Source: Verrucomicrobia bacterium UBA3761
GTDB lineage: Bacteria; Verrucomicrobiota; Kiritimatiellia; RFP12; UBA1067
Direction of reading: 5' to 3'
Length of the DNA: 64,000 nt
Assembly (NCBI GenBank): GCA_002371135.1
Contig: DFGB01000045.1
Coordinates: 5,478-69,477, forward strand
Positions 25,728 to 35,968 of the stretch are shown here, piece after piece. The translations under genes were made by a program, and so were the position numbers. Below the pieces are notes generated by a model, which was given only the letters and a program-made list of their open reading frames with translations, was not told the origin of the DNA and ran no database searches. How positions within the stretch are numbered: position 1 is the first letter of the stretch; each line of letters opens with the position of its first letter.

Positions 25728-27776
25728 ATGTCTGAACTTGCATTCTTCCAGGATCTTGCGATTTTGATGGCGGTGGCGGGATTTGTCGCCGCCGCTTTCG
25801 ACCGTTTGAAATGGCCGAAAGTGCTCGGGTACATCTTCGCGGGGATACTGCTCAGCCGCAACACATGGGGCGGCGCGTTTCTCGTAGACGAAACTTCGGT
25901 GCAGACGATCGGGCAGCTGGGCATCGTGTTTCTCATGTTCTCTCTCGGCCTCGGGTTTTCGACGGGCGACTTGAAGAGCGTGAAAGGCGTGGCGATGCCG
26001 GTGGCGCTTCTCGACGTAGTGATAATGACGTGGACGGGCTACACCGTAGGCACGCGCGTCCTCGGGTGGTCGACGGTGCCGAGCCTGTTCCTGGGCGCAG
26101 CAATTTGCGACTCGGCTACGACCCTGCTCGCCAAAATCATCGGGGAAATGCGCTGGAACGACAGGCCATTCGTGAAATTCGTGATGGGGACCTCGGTCTG
26201 CGAAGACATCCTCTGCGTAGGCCTCATCGCTCTCATAACCGGCGTCGCGAACGGCAAGGGGATGGACGTCTCGTCGCTCGCGCTCTCGCTAGGGGGGCTC
26301 GGGATATTCTTCCTCGCGACGCTCGTCGCCGGGTTCGCGCTTGTGCCGCGGCTGTTGAAATCGGTCGCCAAGCGCGGCGACGACGAAGCGCTCCTCCTGA
26401 CGGTGCTCGGGTTCTGCTTTTTCGTCTCGTATATCGCGTTCAAGTTCGAGTTCTCGCTCGCGCTGGGGGCGTTTCTCGTGGGGGTGATCGGCTCGACGAG
26501 CGACGTGCGCTACAGGCTCAACCGCCTCGCAGAACCGCTGAAGTCGATGTTCGCGGCCGTGTTCTTCGTCTCCATCGGCCTCTTGGTAAACCCCGCGGAG
26601 TGCTTGCGCCACGCGCCGGAGATATTGATGCTCTCGGGAGTCGTGATTCTCGGCAAGTTCCTCAACTGCACGTTCGGCGCGCTTCTCTGCGGCCAGCGCA
26701 TAAAAACTGCGGTGCAGCTGGGGCTGGGGCTCGCGCAAATCGGCGAGTTCGCCTTCATGGTCGCCCTCCTCTACGCCGTCTCGACGGGCGACAGCGCGAC
26801 GCCCATCTACCAGATCGTCGTCGCCGTCTCCATCCTCACGACGCTCGTGAACCCGGTACTGCTGCGCTTCTCGGAACCGTTCGGAGATTTCCTCGAATCA
26901 CAATGCCCCGTGCGCGTGAAGCGCATCCTCGAAGGCTACCGCGAGGCGATAGAGCGCTACACGGAAAACTCCAAGGGCTCTGCCGCTTCGCGCGAAATCC
27001 GCTCCGCAGTGCTGTTCCTCGTCATCTTTTTCGTCCTCGACTTCGCCGTCGCAATCAGCTGCACGATGCTCTCGCAGCGCGGCTGGGGGAACGTCTCGGA
27101 GTTTTTCGAGCTTCACAAGCGCTTCGTCTTCGCGCTCGTATTCAATCTATTCATGGTGGCGGTGCTCGCGCCGATCGTGAAAATATCGCGCAGTCTGGGC
27201 GAGGCGCTCTCCGACGTAATCGTCGGCGCGGGCGACGCCAACTGGCAGTTCGCCCTGCGCCACGCCGTCAAGCTTTTCGCGCTCGTCGCGATCGTGCTCC
27301 TGTGGTTCGCGCAGATGACGATGGTCAACGTCTCGCTCGTGCCGCAGGACAGGACGATGCAAATCGCAATCGCGATCATCCTCGTCGTCGCGCTTGCGTT
27401 CGGATGGAGGTTTTTCAGCCGCGCGTTCGCGGCGGCCTCGCGCCGCATCAAGGAAGCGATCACCGCCGACGAGCACCTGCGCCACGAACGCCCAGACCTG
27501 CCGGAAAACCCGTTCGTCCTCACGGAACCGGCGGAACTCATCCACCGCGTCCACGTGCCGGAGACGTCGCCCGCGATAGGCTCTTCCATCGCGCAGCTGA
27601 ACATCCGCGCCAAGACGGGCGCGAGCGTCTTCCGCGTGATCCGCGCCGGGAAACTCCACCGCAACCCGGGGCCGGGCTGGGTCTTCGCGCCGAACGACCT
27701 CGTTCTCGCCTACGGCGACCACGTCCAGATCGCCGCGCTCAAAGACCTGCTCGGCGTCGTGAGCGAAACGAACTAG
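25728..27776 (+). CDS. Monovalent cation:proton antiporter (CPA2, KefB/NapA-like) with a C-terminal RCK_C (TrkA-C) domain
   Basis: 682 aa, about 13 TM segments, and a C-terminal soluble domain ..VFRVIRAGKLHRNPGPGWVFAPNDLVLAYGDHVQIAALKDLL. Confidence 0.8.
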   Translation: MSELAFFQDLAILMAVAGFVAAAFDRLKWPKVLGYIFAGILLSRNTWGGAFLVDETSVQTIGQLGIVFLMFSLGLGFSTGDLKSVKGVAMPVALLDVVIMTWTGYTVGTRVLGWSTVPSLFLGAAICDSATTLLAKIIGEMRWNDRPFVKFVMGTSVCEDILCVGLIALITGVANGKGMDVSSLALSLGGLGIFFLATLVAGFALVPRLLKSVAKRGDDEALLLTVLGFCFFVSYIAFKFEFSLALGAFLVGVIGSTSDVRYRLNRLAEPLKSMFAAVFFVSIGLLVNPAECLRHAPEILMLSGVVILGKFLNCTFGALLCGQRIKTAVQLGLGLAQIGEFAFMVALLYAVSTGDSATPIYQIVVAVSILTTLVNPVLLRFSEPFGDFLESQCPVRVKRILEGYREAIERYTENSKGSAASREIRSAVLFLVIFFVLDFAVAISCTMLSQRGWGNVSEFFELHKRFVFALVFNLFMVAVLAPIVKISRSLGEALSDVIVGAGDANWQFALRHAVKLFALVAIVLLWFAQMTMVNVSLVPQDRTMQIAIAIILVVALAFGWRFFSRAFAAASRRIKEAITADEHLRHERPDLPENPFVLTEPAELIHRVHVPETSPAIGSSIAQLNIRAKTGASVFRVIRAGKLHRNPGPGWVFAPNDLVLAYGDHVQIAALKDLLGVVSETN

Positions 27777-27809
27777 ACCACTCATTCCAGCCATTCAAGG
27801 AGACCGCCC

Positions 27810-28397
27810 ATGTCCCACCAACACGTCTACGACGAGCCAGAGCCCCAAGAACGCGCAGACTGCGAGGAAGGCGAATACGATGCCGCCATTCTCGCCGGGC
27901 CCGTACCGTCCCGCCTGAAATGCGAAACCGTCATCGACGGCTTGAACCCGGTGACGACCCTCTCGTTCCACCGCATCAACCCGGCCGTCGTGATGCTGAT
28001 CCCCTTCACTTGCTTCTGGAGCGGCGGCTCGATGTACATGATCTACGTCCGCCAGTTCATGGAGCATAAATTCGACCTGACGGGCTCGCTCTTCGGACTG
28101 CCGTTCCTGATCGGCACGATAGCGCTCCTGTGCATCATCGCGTTCATGCTGTTCGGCAAGGAAGTCGTGACCCTCTCGCGCGGCCAGGGCAAGGACTTCA
28201 CGGGCGTGGGGCCGTTCGGCCGCACAAAGCGTTTCACCTACGACCGTAACACGCGCCTCACGCTCTACGAAGGGCGCGCAGGGCTCATCGAACTCAAGAA
28301 CCCCGGCAAAGTGGGGACGACGCGAATATGCAGAAACTTCGACGAAGACGCGCGCGAATACGCCGCCGCCGTTCTCCGCCGGGAGTTCGCGAGATAA
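27810..28397 (+). CDS. Hypothetical membrane protein (2 TM segments)
   Basis: 195 aa with no recognisable motif; spacing to the next gene is 6 nt. Confidence 0.45.
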   Translation: MSHQHVYDEPEPQERADCEEGEYDAAILAGPVPSRLKCETVIDGLNPVTTLSFHRINPAVVMLIPFTCFWSGGSMYMIYVRQFMEHKFDLTGSLFGLPFLIGTIALLCIIAFMLFGKEVVTLSRGQGKDFTGVGPFGRTKRFTYDRNTRLTLYEGRAGLIELKNPGKVGTTRICRNFDEDAREYAAAVLRREFAR

Positions 28398-28403
28398 ACG
28401 CCC

Positions 28404-29267
28404 GTGACCTGGCTCTCCTACATATTCGCCTCTGCGGCGACGCTCGCGCTCTACGACATCTGCAAGAAGCACAGCGCCGCCGGCAACAGGACCTTCAACG
28501 TCCTTCTGCTGACGAGCGCGAGCGGCTTTCTGACCGTCCTCGCGACGCTGGCCGCGACTGGCGGCCTCGCGCCGATGTTCGCCCTCGCGCCGCGCGAATA
28601 CGCGCTCCTGGGCGTGAAATCCACAATCGTCTCGACAAGCTGGGCGCTTGCATACATGGCGCTCAAGACCCTGCCTATCACCGTAATGGCGCCGATCCGC
28701 GCCACGGGACCGGTCTGGACCACGCTCGCGGCGCTCGCCATATACGAAGAAATCCCGAGCGCCGTCCAGGCGCTCGGGTTCGCTCTCGCGTTCACAGGGT
28801 CTTTCGCATTTTCGCTCGCGACGCGCCGAGAGGGCTTTACGCTGCGCTCGAAGGCGATCGTCCTCGCTATCGCGGCAACCCTCGCGGGCTCGGCTTCGGC
28901 GCTCTACGACAAGTTCATTCTGAATTCGCTCAAAATCCCGCCCAAGGCCGTTCTATTCTGGTTCATGTTCGCGATGAGCGTCATCTACGCCATCGCCGTC
29001 GCCGCGACGCGCAAGAGCGACAAAACGCGCTTTGAATGGCGCTGGACCATTCCGTTCGTGGGAGTGCTGCTTGCGATGAGCGACTTCTGCTACTTCTCGG
29101 CGCTGTCGTCGCCGGAAGCGAAAATCAGCATAATCTCCACCATCCGCCGCGTTTCGACCGTGGCGACGTTCGTCATCGGCGGCGCGCTGTTCCGCGAGAA
29201 GAATCTCCTGCGCAAAGGCATCGCCCTCGCGGCGATAATAGCCGGCGTGGTGCTGCTGGCGCTGTGA
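28404..29267 (+). CDS. EamA/DMT-family transporter
   Basis: 287 aa, about 10 TM segments, and a duplicated EamA-like architecture. Confidence 0.7.
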   Translation: MTWLSYIFASAATLALYDICKKHSAAGNRTFNVLLLTSASGFLTVLATLAATGGLAPMFALAPREYALLGVKSTIVSTSWALAYMALKTLPITVMAPIRATGPVWTTLAALAIYEEIPSAVQALGFALAFTGSFAFSLATRREGFTLRSKAIVLAIAATLAGSASALYDKFILNSLKIPPKAVLFWFMFAMSVIYAIAVAATRKSDKTRFEWRWTIPFVGVLLAMSDFCYFSALSSPEAKISIISTIRRVSTVATFVIGGALFREKNLLRKGIALAAIIAGVVLLAL

Positions 29268-29268
29268 T

Positions 29269-29292
29269 GCCGCCATGTATGGCGGCACGCCT
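29269..29292. terminator. Bidirectional hairpin GCCGCCATGTATGGCGGC between convergent genes
   Basis: A perfect 8-bp stem. Confidence 0.5.
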
Positions 29293-29294
29293 GG

Positions 29295-30146
29295 CTATTC
29301 CGCTTCCACCGAAGCCTCGAGCGCGGCTTCGCCGCCGTAGAACTCGTCGTCGTCTTCGTCGTCCGGGTTCTCGGCAAGCCACTCGTCGAGCTTCTCCGGC
29401 GTCGTGATATCCTCTTCGCCGGTGTAGAACTCGATGTTGTCCTGCAAATTCTCGTGCACGGCGGCGTTTTCGGACGCCATAAGCGCCTTGATCGTCTCCA
29501 CCGCGACGGAGTGGCGCATGTTGTTGAGCTCGAACATCATCGAATCCATGACGTCCGGGTCGCGCACGATCTTGGCCGCCTCCAGGAGAATCGCGGCTTT
29601 CTCGCGGTCGCTGAGGTCGGTATCGCCAATCGCCTCTTCCCACTTCTCGATGGCGGAATCGACAACCTCGGAATCGCCGTCGGCGATAAAGCCGACGAGT
29701 TCCGGCAGCGTCGAAGGTCCAAACCAGCCGAGCGCCTCGATCGCGGCGATTTTGATCGCCTTCGGGATGCCGTCGGGCCATTCCTTGGAGGCCTGGAGCT
29801 GCTGGATGAGCTTCAAAAGCTCATGCTCGTTTTCATCATCGAGGGCCTTGCGAATTTCCTCGATCAACGCACGCTGGGCATCGGTGAGATTGGCCTCGTC
29901 GTCGTCGTCGAGGGCGAAAACCGGTTTTTCGCGCGCGGAATCCTCTTGCGTGGCGACTACGCGGAATGTCTTGTTGCCGGATTTAGTCTGGATGCGCACC
30001 TTCTCGGGCTTGGAATTTTTGGCGACCTTGACCGACACGACTTCGAAGTCCGGGTTCTCGGGCTTGGGAGAAAATGCAAGCACAATCGCAGTCGCGCCGA
30101 GTGCCGCGACCACCGCTCCAGCTATTATCCAAAACAGGTTCTTCAT
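29295..30146 (-). CDS. Hypothetical membrane-anchored acidic protein
   Basis: 283 aa with an N-terminal TM segment and an acidic C-terminus (DDEDDDEFYGGEAALEASVEAE); a TATAAT lies 2 nt upstream of the ATG, so it may be leaderless. Confidence 0.45.
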   Translation of the reverse strand: MKNLFWIIAGAVVAALGATAIVLAFSPKPENPDFEVVSVKVAKNSKPEKVRIQTKSGNKTFRVVATQEDSAREKPVFALDDDDEANLTDAQRALIEEIRKALDDENEHELLKLIQQLQASKEWPDGIPKAIKIAAIEALGWFGPSTLPELVGFIADGDSEVVDSAIEKWEEAIGDTDLSDREKAAILLEAAKIVRDPDVMDSMMFELNNMRHSVAVETIKALMASENAAVHENLQDNIEFYTGEEDITTPEKLDEWLAENPDDEDDDEFYGGEAALEASVEAE

Positions 30147-30181
30147 ATATTATAGTATATGCCCGTCTCCAGGAGCAATGA

Positions 30182-30221
30182 CAAAAAAAATTACGGACGG
30201 GGGCGAAGCGCCCCCGTCCGT
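30182..30221 (-). terminator. Rho-independent terminator of groEL (ACGGACGGGGGCG-CTT-CGCCCCCGTCCGT followed by a U-tract on the minus strand)
   Basis: A 13-bp GC-rich stem followed by T8. Confidence 0.85.
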
Positions 30222-30231
30222 CGGGTTGGGA

Positions 30232-31866
30232 TTACATCATTCCATCCATGCCGCCGGGGGCGCCATGTCCGCCACAGTTGCAGGCGTCCTTCTTTTCGGG
30301 AAGGTCGGTGACCATGCAATCCGTGGTGAGCAGGAGACCCGCGATGGATGCCGCGTTCTGGAGGGCGGAGCGCGTCACCTTGGCGGGATCGACAACGCCG
30401 GCCTTCAAGAGGTCGCAGTATTCGCCGGTGCGGACGTTGTAGCCGTTCGTGCCGGTCGCCTTCTTGACGTTGGCGATGACGAGAGCGGCTTCCTGTCCGG
30501 CGTTGTCGACGAGCTTCCTGAGAGGAGCTTCGATCGCGCGCTCGACGATGGACGCGCCGACCTTCTCGTCGCCCGCGAGTTCGAGAGCCGCGATGGCCTT
30601 CTGCGCACGGAGGTAGGCGACGCCGCCGCCGGCGACGATACCTTCCTCGACCGCAGCGCGGGTGGCGTGGAGCGCGTCGTCGACGCGATCCTTCTTCTCC
30701 TTCATGGCAGCCTCGGTCGCGGCGCCGACCTTGATGAGCGCGACGCCGCCGGCGAGCTTGGCGAGGCGCTCCTGGAGCTTCTCGCGATCGTAGTCGCTCG
30801 TCGTATCCTCGATCTGCTTCTTGATCTGGTCGACGCGGGCCTTGATGTCCGCAGACTTGCCGAGACCTTCGACGATCGTGGTGTTGTCCTTGTCGACGAC
30901 CACCTTCTTCGCACGGCCGAGCATGTCGAGCGTGACGGATTCGAGCTTGACGCCGATATCCTCGCTGATGAGCCTGCCGCCGGTGAGGATTGCGATATCC
31001 TCGAGAATCGCCTTGCGGCGATCGCCGAAGCCGGGAGCCTTGACGGCGCAGACCTGGAACGTGCCGCGGAGCTTGTTCACGACGAGCGTCGCAAGCGCTT
31101 CGCCCTCGACGTCCTCGGCGACAATCATGAGCGGACGGCCGGTCTTCGCGACAGCCTGCAGCAGAGGAAGCATGTCCTGGAGGTTGGAAATCTTCTTCTC
31201 GAAGAGGAGGATGAAGGGATTTTCAAGCTCGCACTCCATATCCTCGGGCGAGGTGACGAAGTAGGGCGAGAGGTAGCCCTTGTCGAACTGCATGCCCTCG
31301 ACGACGTCGAGAGTGGACTCGAGAGTCTTCGCTTCCTCGACGGTGATGGTGCCTTCCTTGCCGACCTTGTCCATCGCGTCGGAGATCATCTTGCCGATTT
31401 CCGTGTCGCCGTTGGCGGAGATGGTGGCGACCTGGGCGATTTCGTCGGCCGACTTCACCTTCTTCGACTGCTTGGCGATCGAGTCGACGACTGCGGCGGT
31501 GGCCTTGTCGATACCGGCCTTGAGGGCCATGGCGTTGGCGCCGGCGGTGAGGTTCTTGAGGCCTTCACGGTAGATGGCCTCGGCGAGGAGAGTGGCGGTC
31601 GTGGTGCCGTCGCCCGCGACGTCGTTCGTCTTGGAGGCGACTTCCTTCACCATCTGCGCGCCCATATTCTCGAAGGGATCGGGCAGCTCGATCTCCTTGG
31701 CGACTGTGACGCCGTCCTTGGTAATCTGGGGCGAACCGAACTTCTTGTCGAGAATCACGTTGCGGCCGGAGGGGCCGAGAGTGGAAGTGACGGCGGCGGA
31801 GAGCTTCTCCACGCCCGCGAGGATCTTCTGGCGGGCTTCCGCATCGAATTTAATCTGCTTTGCCAT
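30232..31866 (-). CDS. groL: Chaperonin GroEL
   Basis: 544 aa; [19 protein letters not shown]..; a C-terminal GGM-like tail. Confidence 0.95.
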   Translation of the reverse strand: MAKQIKFDAEARQKILAGVEKLSAAVTSTLGPSGRNVILDKKFGSPQITKDGVTVAKEIELPDPFENMGAQMVKEVASKTNDVAGDGTTTATLLAEAIYREGLKNLTAGANAMALKAGIDKATAAVVDSIAKQSKKVKSADEIAQVATISANGDTEIGKMISDAMDKVGKEGTITVEEAKTLESTLDVVEGMQFDKGYLSPYFVTSPEDMECELENPFILLFEKKISNLQDMLPLLQAVAKTGRPLMIVAEDVEGEALATLVVNKLRGTFQVCAVKAPGFGDRRKAILEDIAILTGGRLISEDIGVKLESVTLDMLGRAKKVVVDKDNTTIVEGLGKSADIKARVDQIKKQIEDTTSDYDREKLQERLAKLAGGVALIKVGAATEAAMKEKKDRVDDALHATRAAVEEGIVAGGGVAYLRAQKAIAALELAGDEKVGASIVERAIEAPLRKLVDNAGQEAALVIANVKKATGTNGYNVRTGEYCDLLKAGVVDPAKVTRSALQNAASIAGLLLTTDCMVTDLPEKKDACNCGGHGAPGGMDGMM

Positions 31867-31924
31867 TGTCTTTTTCCTTGAAATTTACTGGAAGGTCTAG
31901 AGAGCCTAGACGATCTGGATGATG

Positions 31925-32212
31925 TTACTTTTCCAATACGCCGAGGAGGTCTTCTTCGCGGACGAGCTGGAGCTTCTGGCCGTCGAGCTTGACTTCCGTG
32001 CCGCCGTACTTGGGCAGGAGGACGGTATCGCCCGGCTTGACGTCGAACTTGAGCTCCTTGCCTTCCTTGTCGGTCTTCTTGCCGACCGCGATCACCTTGC
32101 CCTGCATGGGCTTTTCCTTGGCCGAATCGGGGATGATGATACCGCCGACGGTCTGTTCCTTCTCTTCGATGGGTTCCACGAGCACGCGGTCCCCAAGAGG
32201 TCTGATCTTCAT
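31925..32212 (-). CDS. groS: Co-chaperonin GroES
   Basis: 95 aa; [35 protein letters not shown]. Confidence 0.95.
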   Translation of the reverse strand: MKIRPLGDRVLVEPIEEKEQTVGGIIIPDSAKEKPMQGKVIAVGKKTDKEGKELKFDVKPGDTVLLPKYGGTEVKLDGQKLQLVREEDLLGVLEK

Positions 32213-32249
32213 TTGTTTGGTCCTTTCTGAGATTGAGGTTGAGGTGGGA

Positions 32250-34163
<1,914 letters not shown>

Positions 34164-34246
34164 TGTCTTGTTCCTTTCTGTCATCTAACTGGACTTCAGC
34201 TACGGACTAGACAACAGCAACAGCCGTGCCAATGGGCGAAAACCCC

Positions 34247-34330
34247 CGTTTGTCGCGTTTTGTCGCGCCGTTTTGTCGCAGTGCGACATCAATGCGCGAC
34301 ATTTGCAAGCCAATGTGCGACATACAGCGC
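34247..34330. repeat. Tandem-heptamer palindrome (TTTGTCGCG)x3 followed by (TGCGACAT/GCGCGACAT)x3
   Basis: Read directly from the sequence; it lies upstream of dnaK, overlaps the 3' end of gene 34289..34990, and is not a CIRCE element. Confidence 0.8.
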
Positions 34331-34990
34331 CGCGTCCCAGACGCCACAATAGGCGCTCGCGGTGCGGAGGCGAAGGAAATCCCAGAGCTCCGCAAATGCG
34401 AGATTGGTCGTCGCCGCAAGCCACACGAGCACGACGGCGACATTCGCGACGTAAATGAAGGTCCACGAGAAAATCCGCCCATAGAGCGTTATATCCGGCT
34501 GGCGCGTCGCGAGAGTATCGAGCGTGAACAAGATGTGGAACGCCCACGTGAAAGCGATTGCGAACATCCACGCCGGCAGGCACGGTAGCGGCCGCACGAA
34601 CCACCAAGTCGCCAGCGCCAGCAATATCACTATAAAGGAATAGAACGGGAAGAAATACGGCGCGAGGGTGATGAGGAGGTTCGACTTCGTAAGCCGCACG
34701 CTGCCGCCCGACGCCGCCACGCGCAATTTCGAGGGCTTCGCGAAGAACAAGAGCCCCCACAGCGCATGCGTCAATTCATGCGCGAGCACATACGTCTTCA
34801 TTGGATGCGGCAAGCACACCCAGACGACCAGAAACGCCGCCATCCCCGCGACAAACGCGATCGTCTCCGCGCCGAATACGCCGCCGCCGCGGCCCGCCGC
34901 CGCCCAGACTGCGTCGAACAACACTCTCGCCAGCGCCCAGCAAAACGGGAGCGCCGCCAAAGCAAACAGCATTCGCAGGAAGGCCCGCAT
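34289..34990 (-). CDS. Hypothetical polytopic membrane protein with an HExxH motif (putative zinc metalloprotease)
   Basis: 233 aa with YVLAHELTHALWG and about 6 TM segments. Confidence 0.5.
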   Translation of the reverse strand: MRAFLRMLFALAALPFCWALARVLFDAVWAAAGRGGGVFGAETIAFVAGMAAFLVVWVCLPHPMKTYVLAHELTHALWGLLFFAKPSKLRVAASGGSVRLTKSNLLITLAPYFFPFYSFIVILLALATWWFVRPLPCLPAWMFAIAFTWAFHILFTLDTLATRQPDITLYGRIFSWTFIYVANVAVVLVWLAATTNLAFAELWDFLRLRTASAYCGVWDAALYVAHWLANVAH

Positions 34991-35014
34991 GGCGCCGGCA
35001 GGAGTCCGGGATGG

Positions 35015-35305
35015 TCAATTCTCGAACACGAAAACGAGTTCGCCGGGGTAGACGCGGCGTTTCTGGCGCGCTATCGCCTCCACGAAATCCGCATCCGTCT
35101 TGAAACGCTGGCGGTATTCGGCCAGTTTCGCTATCTCAAGCCGCTTCAACTCAATCTGACGGTTCAGCGCCTCGTCTTCCCTCTTGAGCGACTGCATGCG
35201 GTTGTAAATCGGCCACAACGTCACCCACGCCGCGACGAATATCACGCCCACCATGACCAGCATGATGAACTTGCAGATTTTTTCTTTTAGGCTTTCTTTC
35301 CTCAC
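35015..35305 (-). CDS. FtsB/DivIC-like septum formation initiator protein
   Basis: 96 aa with an N-terminal TM segment and the coiled coil LKREDEALNRQIELKRLEIAKL. Confidence 0.55.
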   Translation of the reverse strand: MRKESLKEKICKFIMLVMVGVIFVAAWVTLWPIYNRMQSLKREDEALNRQIELKRLEIAKLAEYRQRFKTDADFVEAIARQKRRVYPGELVFVFEN

Positions 35306-35431
35306 ACCGCATTATTATAGCAAAATTTTCTTATTTTGGGTATTGACAAAATTCAAAAAAATATGAGACAATATTCCGCAGTTCTCCCCCCGAAAGGGAG
35401 GGCGTTCGTAAAACAAGGAAAACGAAAAGAC

Positions 35432-35788
35432 ATGAAGATCAAAAAGACTACTAAAAAGTCTGCGGAAACTGTGGTAGTCGCCACCAAAGCGGCTCCTTCG
35501 GTAGCCAAGAAGACGGCCAAGCCCGCCGCGAAGTCGGTCACGTTCACCGTGCATGCGGATGCCGGCAAGGCCGTGTTCGTCGCAGGTGAGTTCAACAACT
35601 GGGATGCCACCGCCAAGAAGATGGCCTACAAGGCCAAGGACGGCATCTACTCCGCCACGATCAAGCTCGCTCCCGGCGAGTATCAGTACAAGTTCGTGAT
35701 CGACGGCACGTGGTGCGCCGATCCGGAGAACGTGAACTCCGTCGCGAACGATCAGGGCACGTTCAACTCGGTGGTGACTGTCAAGTAA
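35432..35788 (+). CDS. Small protein with a CBM48 / AMPK-beta-like glycogen-binding domain
   Basis: It starts at MKIKKTTKK with an RBS AAGGAA; ..VTFTVHADAGKAVFVAGEFNNWDATAKKMAYKAKDGIYSATIKLAPGEYQYKFVIDGTWCADPEN.. Confidence 0.65.
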   Translation: MKIKKTTKKSAETVVVATKAAPSVAKKTAKPAAKSVTFTVHADAGKAVFVAGEFNNWDATAKKMAYKAKDGIYSATIKLAPGEYQYKFVIDGTWCADPENVNSVANDQGTFNSVVTVK

Positions 35789-35834
35789 AGCGTCGCATCC
35801 TCTCACGCGAGGCTCCAATTCGCGTGGAAAGCTA

Positions 35835-35870
35835 CGGCACGAGGCCATCAGGCCCCGTGCCGCTTTTTTA
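35835..35870 (+). terminator. Rho-independent terminator CGGCACGAGGCC-ATCA-GGCCCCGTGCCG followed by TTTTTT
   Basis: A hairpin with a U-tract after the CBM48 gene. Confidence 0.8.
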
Positions 35871-35968
35871 AAGGTTGAAAAGTTGAAAGGTTGAAAGGTT
35901 GAAAAGTACAGGGATGACGCGCTTTTCAACTTTTCAACTTTTGAACTTTTCAACTTTTGAACAACTGC
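35871..35968. repeat. Tandem-heptamer palindrome (GGTTGAAAAG/GGTTGAAAG)x4 and (CTTTTCAAC/CTTTTGAAC)x4, of the same heptamer family as 15149..15266
   Basis: It sits between convergent genes and supplies the last codons (LFKS) and TGA stop of valS. Confidence 0.85.

Noticed and set aside
29434-31881. An 815-aa plus-strand ORF
   Set aside because: It is antisense to groEL and the acidic membrane protein gene; groEL is unambiguous.
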